From Salpingoeca rosetta (taxonomy: Eukaryota; Protista; Choanoflagellata), in the NCBI GenBank assembly GCA_033442325.1, contig JAWQFM010000032.1, positions 571,956-635,955 of the forward strand: a stretch of DNA of 64,000 bases, read 5' to 3'. Position numbers and translations under genes: made by a program. Positions 35,722-64,000 of the stretch are shown here, piece by piece; the stretch's first letter is position 1, and every line of letters begins with the position of its first letter. Below the pieces are notes generated by a model that was given only the letters and a program-made list of their open reading frames with translations, made no database searches and was not told the DNA's origin.

Positions 35722-37579
35722 TCACTCGTTCAGGCAGTTGTTGATGGCCCTGCACCATTCGGCAAGCGTGGTGTCAGAGCGGTCGTCCGAGCGAAAGATG
35801 AATGTTCGCTTGGGAACGGCAACGTGCAGCTCACTGTTGTCTTGGGCGAGCTCAGCTGACAGTACATCCAACAGGGAGATGCGTCGCTTTGGCGGCCGTG
35901 CTGCGGACTTGCCGTACGCGAAGTGGCTGTCGTCAAGCTTGCACCAGCACGGGCGGAAGGCGGCCCTCCGTCGCCCACGTTTCTGCAACCACCCGACAAG
36001 CGGCTGCTGTGAAGAGCACCCCTGTCGCTCGTCTGCTTCGTCTGCTTCGTCTTGTTGACTAGCCAAAGCTTGCACTTGATCACTGCCGGTGTCTTCCTGT
36101 TGCGCATCGCCGTCATCGTGCTCGCTGTCGCCACTATCACTATCGCCGCGAATGCGCCGCAGATTGCGCGCCACCTTGCGTGTGTTGGGGTGGTCTGGCC
36201 CGAGCATGGCTTCGAAAACGCCGAGCGCCTGTTGCACGCATGCGTGGGCCTGCTCCTTGTTGCCGCACTCATCATGCAGCAGGCCAAGATTGAAGTATGA
36301 TGTGGCTGTGCTCGGGTGGTTTTCGCCCAGCGCCTCCGTCCTGATGGCAAGGGCTTTCTCATAGTGCTCAATGGCCTCATCGTACTTGCCCTCGTTCTTG
36401 TATGCGACGCCGAGGTTGTTGCACGAGTCTGCTGTGTGTGGATGCTTCTCGCCAAGTGTCTCCACGAACACCTCCTTGGCCAGCCCGTGGTAAGAGATCG
36501 CCCGGTCGTACTCGCCCTTGTCGGCGTATGCGAGGCCGAGGTTGCCGTAGGACGCTGCTGTGCTCGGGTGTTTCTCGCCGAGCTTCTCAACCTTGATTGC
36601 GAGGGCCTTCTCATAAAATGGGATGGCCATGTCGTACTCGCCCATGCAGCGGTATGCGCCGCCGAGGTTGTTGTAGGTGTCAGCTGTGCTTTGGTGCTTC
36701 TCGCCGAGCGTCTCCGCCGTGATGGCGAGGGCCTTCTGGAAGCATTCAATCGCCCTGTCGTAATCGCCCTTGCTGCTGTAGGCGCTACCAAGGTTGTTGT
36801 AGGTCATGCCTGTATTCGGGTGCTTTTCGCCCAACACCCCCACTGTGATGGCGAGATCCTGCTCGTAGTATTGCGTTGCCAAGTCATACTCGCCCTTGCT
36901 GCTGTATGCAGTGCCGAGATTGTTGTACAGCGCAGCCACATTCTCTCCGTTTTCCCCTTCAGTGCGCAACAAAATCGGCAGGGCTGTCTCGTAGTACGCG
37001 ATTGCGCCATCGTGCTCGCCAAAGTCGTCCAACACGAGCCCGACCTGGTTGCATAACTCAGCGAACGCCCGTGTCTCGTCTTCTCCACGTGCCCGCATGG
37101 CCTCCACCGCAGCCACCATCTTGCTCAGGCACCACGCGCGCAGCTGGTCCTTGACGGCCTGGTTGAGAGCACCAAAGCCCACGCCGTTCTGAATGGCCTC
37201 AAAGATCATGTCCTTGTCGCGTGGATTGAATGCTTCGGCGCGCTGTGCTTGTACGAGCACCAGCGTATCCATCACCGACTTAGAGCTTTCACGGATGGCG
37301 GCCTCCAGCTCTGACTCCTCGCTCTTGGGTAAGCGGATGCTGACCTCCGTGCCCTCGTTGCTGACGCCGCAGAAGATCTCCCACAGGCACCACGCCCGCG
37401 TGAGTGGCACGGGGTCTCGCCACGGCATCAACACCAGCAGCACACGTCCAATGTTGGCAATCGACTCCTTGAACGTCGTGCTCCACCTGTTGTGTTGGGG
37501 GGAGGGAGAGGAGGGGCGTGATGTGAGGGAGTGGGAGTGTGCAAGAAACGGGGAGGTATAGCACGCAGGCGCACACAAG

Positions 37580-37612
<33 letters not shown>

Positions 37613-38058
37613 CGCACACACACACACACACACACACACGCGTGCACACGCACACATACGCACCACTCTTGTGGGAGGTTGGCGGTAACGTTGGCGTTTT
37701 GGTTGTTCATGAAGAGGTCAAACCAGAAGAACACGGGCTGGCTGTCTTCCTTCCTTACTCTTTGTTCCTCTGCAAACTCCAGCAAGACGTTGAGCACGTC
37801 TGCGATCTTGTATCGCCACGCGTGCGACACAAACACAGTGGCTTTGCCCACATGTTCATGTGGCGACTGCTTGCGCAAGAGATCGACGTAGGCGCAGTTG
37901 TCCTGCTGTGTGCGTGGCACAACCAGTTGCTTGCAGGCATCCTCCGTGGTCATCTTAGTGTACGTGTCGGGGAACTCCTTCTTCAGGTCTGCGAGGAAGG
38001 CCCTGATCGCCCCCACAGACACGCCGTCTGTCAGGCGGTGCTCACTGGTGTCAGCCAT
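35722..38058 (-). CDS. TIR/HET-like domain, ~7 kinesin-light-chain-type 42-aa TPR repeats and a C-terminal PH domain (about 719 aa; one in-frame 177-nt intron at 37487-37663)
   Basis: ATVFVSHAWRY...FFWFDLFMNNQ...RVLLVL...LTRAWCLWE. Repeats LGEKHP.TA..YNNLG.AY...GEYD.AI..YEKALAI. PH LVGWLQKRGRRRAAFRPCWCKLD...RTFIFRSDD...EWCRAINN. Confidence 0.9.
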
Positions 38059-39158
38059 GGTTCTGTTCTTTTGACGAGACGCTTGAGGGGCCTGAGTGGA
38101 TGGGGAACTGAAGAGGTTTGTGGGTATCTTTCGAGTGTTTTGCCTTCTGGCCGAAAACCTGGAAGCTCACTTTTGCGGCCGCGCTTGATTTGAACACGCA
38201 CAAGGTGTGGAGGTGTGCTTTGCTCTTTGCTGGGCTTCTCTTGGTGCAGCTTGAACTTGACATCATGGCTTTGCAGCTGCAGCTGATGAGGGGAAGGGGG
38301 GAAGTCAAGATGCTTGCGCTCGCCATGCAGCCAGGCAGCAAGTGCAAGCGCAAGACTCCAAACCCAAGACCTCACTTGGCTAACTTGGCTAACTTGGCTA
38401 CCCACGCTCCGAGGGCTTGAGGGGAATTAATAGCTTTCTTGTTCGTTGATTGCTGCTCGAGCGAGCACCTTACCACTCCATATCAGAGAGCAAGAAGAGA
38501 AGAGCACACGTGTCCCGTCTTTCCTTGCAGATCTGCACGAGCAGAGAACAGGAGAGCCAAGAACTACACCAACGAACACTTCTCTCGTCTCTCGTGCGAT
38601 GCCATCTAAGCATCTTGCGAAAAGTTGCACCTTCAAACAAACAAACACAAAACCGCACAGTCATCCACAACGGCAAGCAAAACAAACCTACAAACAAACA
38701 CAAACCATTGTCACTTTCCCAACAGCACCACGAGCAATCCAGAAACACACATCTCCCACAGCGTCCTGCCAACTTCCCTTCCTGCCTTCCCTTCCTGCCT
38801 GTGCTCTGCCACCACCACTCAAGGTGCTGGTTGTGGTTGCTGCCTGAAGGACAGAGCGCGTGCACTTTCCCTTATTTCATTTCGCATCAACGTGTCCCAA
38901 CGCAGCTAGAAGAACACCTCAGCCACACAGCCAAGTGAACAGGCCTACAGGCGGATTGCTGCTTTTCATCATCAAGAGTCTCAGACCCCATCTGCTTGCT
39001 CATCTCATCTCTGCAACCAGCAGTGTCTACCACAGGTCCACCAAACGGAAGAGCTGAAGAGAGCAAGCCACATTCAGCACTTTAGCACTTTCACCTTCTT
39101 TGTCCCTTCTTGACTTGATCCCTTCCAGGGTCCTCCGCCACACCATCGCGCACGAAGG

Positions 39159-40498
39159 ATGGAACCTCCAGGGCCTTCCACTCTCTCAACTTCCACCCAC
39201 ACACGGTCACCACCTGCGATTTCCGTGTTTGAGTGGGCCACGATCGCGCAGCACCTGTTGGAAACACAAAGCCAACCCGCAAGCCCAGGCGAGGAGCTCG
39301 ACGACATGCCAAACCGCCGCCACCGCCACAGCAATGCGCGGGCCCTGTTCAACCTGATGCTCACCTGCCGCAACCTGTACAATGAGCTGCCATGGGCAAT
39401 GCCCAAGTGGCACCTGGCCAACCTCGGCCTGCTCGTGGGGTGTTCGGAGCACTGGTTGAAAGAGAGCTTCCCTGCTCAAGGACGGGCAGAAGCGAACCTT
39501 GCACTTGCAACAGACGCTCCATCGGCCAGCCACGGCAGCGAGCGACCACAAGACCAACACCAACAACGCATGCAAGCTCACAGCGACACTGACCACCAGG
39601 TTCAAGTGTGGCTTGAGCGCCGCTTCCTCGCGTATTCGTGGCTCGGCATGACATGGAGCAGCACGTGTCCGTACCTGCAGTCACGCATCATGCTTTCCCC
39701 AGAGGCCTTCTGGGCTGACTTTTCACGTTACGGCCGGGTCGCATTCAAGAGCCTCGCAGCCATGCACGACTGGGCACCTCCACGGGACCTGGAGGAAGAG
39801 CAGCGACAGCTGCCACGACGTCAGGAAGGCCACGGACACCCTCAGCAGCAGAGAGCGGGCGATGACAATGGTGATGGTGATGGTGGTGATGATGGTGATG
39901 GTAGTGGTGATAATGATGGCGATGACAATCGTGTGGACGGGGGGCGCACGCACGACTTGACACGGAGCTGGCCGGCTGCGTTTACCTTGGAAGCGACCAT
40001 CCACTCCTCAGCAGATGCAACAAGGCTGGCAGAGCTTCGGGGCGCGTTCAGCAACGTCTCATGCCTGCGCATGATCTTGCAGGTGCGATCGCCTGGCCTT
40101 CGGCTCAGGATCCACCAAGCAGACACAGTTCACGTCAACCTTATCATTATCAGCGGTCGAGACTCCACAGTGTTTGAGGAATTATCAGACATCTCCCACA
40201 TCATCATCAATCGCGCGACGCCGCTTCATATCCAAAGAATGCGCAACGTGCGCATGTGCACAGTGAGGCGCTCGTTCATCAGAGACTTCAGCCAGCTTTC
40301 TAGTCTGCAACACCTCGCCCTTCGCAAATGCCCGTTCACACTCTCTGATCTCGCAGCGTTGGCTGTTCCACCACGGCTAGAGTTCAGTGGGTGCACCTCT
40401 GGTGTTAGTGTACTGACACAGCAGCACTGGCCAACAACAGCGTTCAGCAATGCATCCATTGAGCAAGTGCAGCACGTGCTGGCCACTGGACTGGTGGG

Positions 40499-40538
<40 letters not shown>

Positions 40539-40981
40539 AAAGTGTGTGTGTGTGTGTGTGTGTGTGTTTGTGTTGGCGTCTGTGCATGAGATCATGAGTG
40601 GGAACTTGTGAGAAGAGAGTGGCACGGGGTGCCCTTGGCTTACCGGGTCTGCGTCCTCACCTCCTTCGTATGGCTGCTTGTGCCAGTCGCCCACGCTCGA
40701 CGCAATATGGCAAATGGAAGAAAGGCGTCAGCGGCGTCGAGAGTACATGCGGAGGTACCGGCAACGAGCGTATGAGGAGGTGAGTGCACTAAGACACATG
40801 ATGACACTTGGTTGTTTCAATTGACACTTGATTGGTTGACTGTTGTTTGATGGCGCACGCTCTTGCGATGTTTTGCATGTTGCATCCACTTTGTCTTTCA
40901 ACCCCAGTGCTTGGATCACTGGTGAAACCGCTCCACTTCTCCTTGCAAACCCATTCGCACATTCCACGCTTCCAATACACA

Positions 40982-41012
<31 letters not shown>

Positions 41013-41217
41013 CAAAACGCACACACACACACACACCAAAACATGCATCTCCTCCTGTTTACCATCGTGACTGTAGCGTCGCTGGCTGCAGGCGCACAAT
41101 CAACGGCTTCGCCAAGAGCTGGAGCAGCAACAGCAAGAGCTTCAACAGATGCGCTTGCTCCGGCAACAGTTGGAGTTGGAAGCATCGGCAAGCTCACACA
41201 ACTTGTCCGACACGTAA
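39159..41217 (+). CDS. F-box-like and degenerate LRR protein with C-terminal atypical bZIP (about 522 aa). Exons 39159-40493, 40687-40779, 41077-41217
   Basis: Split F-box-like motif ISVFEWATIAQHL...ALFNLMLTCRNLY. LRR-like FSQLSSLQHLALRKCPFTLSDLAAL. Phase-0 GT-AG junctions give ...LATGL|SPTLDAIWQMEERRQRRREYMRRYRQRAYEE|RRWLQAHNQRLRQELEQQQQELQQMRLLRQQLEL...DT*. Confidence 0.62.
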
Positions 41218-41437
41218 TGTGTGGATGTGCCAGCAGTGACAGTCAATGATGGGGTCCTTTCTGCTGTTCAATGTCTCGAGGTCGAGGCTTCACTCACTCA
41301 TTCCTTGGCATGAGTAAACGTCCTCGCTGCTGGGTTCCTCCTCTCCCCTCATTACTCAGCCTGGTCGTAACACGTGGAATGAAGAATGGAGAGCTTTAAT
41401 TTGAACAGAATACACGTCAAACAACATGTTGGCTGGC

Positions 41438-41508
<71 letters not shown>

Positions 41509-41510
41509 CA

Positions 41511-44943
<3,433 letters not shown>

Positions 44944-45418
44944 CGTTTGTGTTGTGTTGTTTGTTGTGCAGTCTGTGTCTTTTTGCTCTTCTTGTATCTG
45001 CCGTTGGCAAGCTGTCAAATTTGACAGGTGAACAAGAAGACGAAGAAGAAGAAGAACCGTCAGCACAGACACACTCTCTCACTGCTGCTTACTCATCCAT
45101 CTCTCCACCAGCCAGCAGCGCCAAGCAAAGCCACACACAGACACGCGTACCTCTCCTGTCCTCTCCCTCCTCCTGTCCTGTCCATCCATCCACACGCACA
45201 CGACGTACTTGCAAGCACACGTGTGTGTGTGTGCCTGTGTGTGTAGTTGCGCTTGGGAGCGCTGTAGGAGCTAACGGAAGGTGTTACGCAGGCAGAAGAA
45301 CCGTCATCAGCCTCGGGTTTACGCACAGCGTCTTCGGCATCAGCGTCGTCGTTGTTTGACGCCAAAGCTCGCTGGAACATCGCTGCAGAGCCAATAACAA
45401 GAGGGCGCCGCCGCCGCC
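44944..45418. promoter_or_regulatory. Short divergent (bidirectional) promoter region between NME7 and KIF13
   Basis: Head-to-head ATGs 475 bp apart. Contains the perfect palindrome CTGTCAAATTTGACAG at 45012-45027. Confidence 0.6.
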
Positions 45419-59552
<14,134 letters not shown>

Positions 59553-60373
59553 GCTCGCACACGTATGCGTGTGATTGCGCGCGTTTGTGTGTGTGTGCGT
59601 GTGTGTGTGTGCGTGTGTGTGCGTGTGTCGTGTGTGTGAGTGATAGTGTTCTGTCCTTTTTTTAGGGAGTTTCTTCCACCACCCGACTTGGCTTTTCACC
59701 GCCTTCCGTGTTTTGTTGGCCCACAAGTCATTGCTGTGCCGTGTTGTGCCTTCGCTAGCTTGATCGTCTGTAACTGTCCGTGCTTTTCATGTGCTTCTCG
59801 TGTTCTTGCTCATGTGCTTTTCGTTTCCATTCCGGCGCCGCCGCCAACCCCTCTCTGCGTGCGAGTAACGTGCGTTCCGTTGCCTTATCGTCATCATTCA
59901 TTGGCCTTGGTGCACGTGTTCCCCCTCCCACCCCATTGTTCCTTTGCATCTGTGTTAGTTCACGCTCTTCCATCATCAGTCGTCGTCAGTAAACGCTCCG
60001 CTTGAACACAACAACATATGTATGTGCATTTGGGGGGGGGGGACGAAAGGAGTACATGGACGCAGAAAGGACAGCACACATACAAATGCGTACAGGCAAG
60101 CATGAGCGACTGTCGTTTGGAGGAGGGCGAGGTGAGGCAAAACACATCTGAAGAATGGCGGCGATGAACACAAGGTCGCCTGAGTGCGGCTCCATGCGAA
60201 ACGGAAAGATGCATGTGGTTCACAAAACAAGAGCAAGCAAAACAGCAGGACGAACAGCAGGCAGAGCAACGTATGGGCGCAATGAACATGCATGCGCAAG
60301 GAAGTCGGGAGGGGCTGCACTCACTGGTGCTGAAGTGAAGTCAGTGCATTGGGTGACATTTGAGCATCTCCGC

Positions 60374-61231
60374 TTAAGGCAAGCCGACATCAGCACAGCA
60401 GGCCATGGTGGCGTCACCCACAAACGCGTCGCGGCAACCTGGGGTGCGGCCGTTGTTCTTGGTGAGCTCGACAACGCCACGAATGTCGTTGGGGCAGAGC
60501 TCAGTGGACCACACGCTGTGACCACGAAGAAGGCGGCGGCAGCGCCCGCCAATGTCGAGGTTGAGGAGCTCCTCCTGCGAACACATGCGCGCGCCAATGC
60601 TCTCGCACAGGTAGTGGTTGTCGTACCATGTGCCCGTTGTGCACTGGGCCGACTCGAAGCGTGTCTGCACGCACACGTCGCCGTCGGCGGTCCAGCCGAG
60701 GTCAGCACACGTCTGCGCGCTTGTCTCGACAACACGACCGGTGTTCACAAGCGTGGGGCGGAAGAGGTTGGTGTAGAAGCGCATGTACACGACCTGCCAG
60801 CGGCTGAAGCGGTCAAGACACTCATCGTACGAGTAGTCCCTGTGGTGAGGGTGAGGATATGAGGGAGAAGGAGGGAAGGCATGCGATGATGGGGATGGAG
60901 GAGAAGAGAGAGAGAGAGGAGGAAGGGGGTGGGGGTGGGAGGAGGGGAGGGTGGGTTGTATGCACATGTGGACGGGCGATTCGGCGAAAAGGTGAAGGAA
61001 GCCAATCCATGCAAAGACACAGGCAAGCAAGTAAGGAGACGCGCAAGCGTGGATGCATGCATGCAAGCAAGCAAGCAGCGTACATAAAGTTGTGGATCTG
61101 CGAGCGGAGTATGATCGTCGAGGTAGGGGTAGGATAGAGGGCATTGGAAAGCGGGGGGGGGGGAGGTGAGTTGGAAGCGAAATTAGAGTGGCGATGGAAC
61201 CAAAACGCAAGGCAAGTTCACACGCACGCAG

Positions 61232-61264
<33 letters not shown>

Positions 61265-62233
61265 GACAGACACACACACACACACACAGTGTCGCCGTCT
61301 TTCAAACAACGTCGTGTTCCTCATCCAGCGTGCTCGCCCGCACCTTCTCCCCCCTCCCCGTCTCATTCCCACTTTCACACTCACGTTGTCGTAGCCACGG
61401 CGGTGTGGGCACGTGTCAGCATCCACCTCTGCCGGACAGCCGTTCGTGGGATACTTCTGGGCAGGGGTGTCCCGAATGAAATCGCCGCCACGACGTGAGC
61501 AGGTGGTTCCTTGGAAGGTGTGCAGCAGGCCAAAGTAGTGCCCAGCCTCGTGCACAAGCGTGTAGCCTGCGTTGTAAGAGGTGATGAAGCCGCCGGGCAG
61601 CGTGCCGTAGTGCAGGTTGATGGCGTGCATGGGGGAGTCCTCGGGGGCATCCCAGGGGAACACGGCGACGCCGAGGAAGTAGTCAGAGGGGCACACCAGC
61701 ACGTGGAGGGCCTCTGAAGCGTCGTCGATGAGCTCGTAGCGGGGGATGGTGTACAGGCTGGCGTCGCCGCAGTAGTAGGCCAGCAACGTGTTGTTGATGT
61801 AGGTGATGTTGGCGGTGTAAAAGCGCATGCCGGTGTCCTTTGATGCATCGACGCCCTGGCCCGCAAAGCGCTCGTTCATGACGGTGGTCTGGTTCTCAAG
61901 CTGGCCCTCGGGGACCCAGCCCGTGCCGTCCTCCTCGAAGATGACAATGTAGTTGATGGGGATGTCGATCTCTTCGATGGTGTACGTGTCGAGGTAGTCT
62001 GCGACTTGGCGACGCATGGTCTCGTGGCCCTCGCCCTTGAACAGCGCCTCGCGCTTTGCGGCATCTGCCTGAGCCTCCGCGGCCTTGGCGTCAGCCTTGT
62101 CGGTGGCGACGGGCGGCATGGCACAGCGCGCGGGCTCAGCAGCCACGGCGGTGTGCAGCAGGCTGCTCGTGCAGCCAAGAGCCACAGCAAACAGCAGCAG
62201 CAGCATCTTTGCACTCGTCGATCGGCGGCGCAT
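60374..62233 (-). CDS. Secreted M43 (pappalysin/ulilysin-like) metzincin metalloprotease with a C-terminal Cys-rich domain (about 442 aa). Exons 62233-61385, 61097-61084, 60839-60374
   Basis: Signal peptide MRRRSTSAKMLLLLFAVALG, pro-peptide PARC, LGVAVFP, TLPGG...YNAGYTLVHEAGHYFGLLHTFQG, GDFIRDTP. The Met-turn IHNFM|DYSYD appears only after splicing. C-terminal TCADLGW...CESIGARMCSQEEL...CCAD. Confidence 0.93.
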
Positions 62234-62776
62234 GGTGGTGGGCTTGGTTGGTGGCTCTTGTAGAGGTGTTTTGTGTTTTGCGTGTTTTGCGAGCTTGGGA
62301 TGGTGCTTTGCGATCGCCAACCTGTGTGTTGTGAAAATGGACGCAGCGTGGATGCAAGAAGAGGCAGAAGAGGCGGCTTGCCTTTTGTTTTGTTTTTTGT
62401 TTTGCTTCTCTTGCTTGCTTGAACTCGTGCGTGCTCTTTGCTTTGGTTGCCGTGGAAGGGGCGGTGTCACAATAAAAAAGCAGGACCGCTTCATGTCACG
62501 CTCGCTTGTCAGTAAAGCAAAGCATTCTGCTTGCTGCTTAATCGCTTGCTTGCTCGCTGACTTGCAGTCTCGCTTGCTTGCGTATGTCTGTTTTGTCCCA
62601 CTTACTGACATGGGTCGCCGTGCAAAGCGTGCCTGCATGCAACCACCAACGGCGTGGTGGGCAAACCCGGGTTTGCCGCCTGCTTTGGTAGTGGGCAAAA
62701 CCAAGTTGTGACAATTGCATGAAATCATTCACAAACAATCCTGGGTGAACAAGCGCGCTCAAACAACAGACAGGAG

Positions 62777-64000
<1,224 letters not shown>

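Noticed and set aside
36170-37060. Regularly spaced repeats as a CRISPR-like array
   Set aside because: They are in-frame 126-bp coding TPR units in a eukaryotic gene.
60155-60862. 235-aa plus-strand ORF overlapping the protease
   Set aside because: Antisense shadow of a GC-rich coding exon, with no recognisable motif.
62234-62728. 165-aa N-terminal extension of the protease ORF
   Set aside because: The signal peptide follows the ATG at 62233. The upstream part is UTR/promoter shared with NSE1.

Overview
Intron-rich eukaryotic genomic DNA whose introns are filled with (CA)n/(GT)n microsatellites and whose exons carry poly-Q/D/G/T runs. The gene content and style suggest a unicellular holozoan, probably a choanoflagellate such as Salpingoeca; this is inference. 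Most ORF-track entries are microsatellite artefacts. I reconstructed 13 protein-coding genes by hand-splicing: NO66/RIOX1-like JmjC oxygenase (3' part), an intronless NYN-RNase with CCCH and CCHC fingers, a SHIP-like inositol 5-phosphatase, a small ankyrin protein, FAM149-like, a C2-GRAM-myotubularin-FYVE protein, a type-I membrane protein ending in an atypical bZIP, a TIR/HET-like-TPR-PH protein, an F-box-like/LRR protein ending in a second atypical bZIP, NME7, KIF13-like kinesin-3, an M43 pappalysin/ulilysin-type metzincin, and NSE1 (5' part). The main discovery is a 10-kb three-gene module at 31377-41217. Two genes end in the same unusual bZIP, in which Arg replaces the invariant Asn (R-R-[D/E]-Y-M-x-x-Y-R-x9-L-zipper), and both have a phase-0 intron at the same position in the motif. 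One bZIP sits on a signal-peptide plus single-TM receptor-like protein, with the reverse topology of ATF6/CREB3. The other sits on an F-box/LRR protein. The two flank a TIR/HET-like TPR sensor. Neither bZIP appears intact in the ORF track. No rRNA, tRNA, CRISPR or recognisable transposon was seen. There are four assembly gaps.
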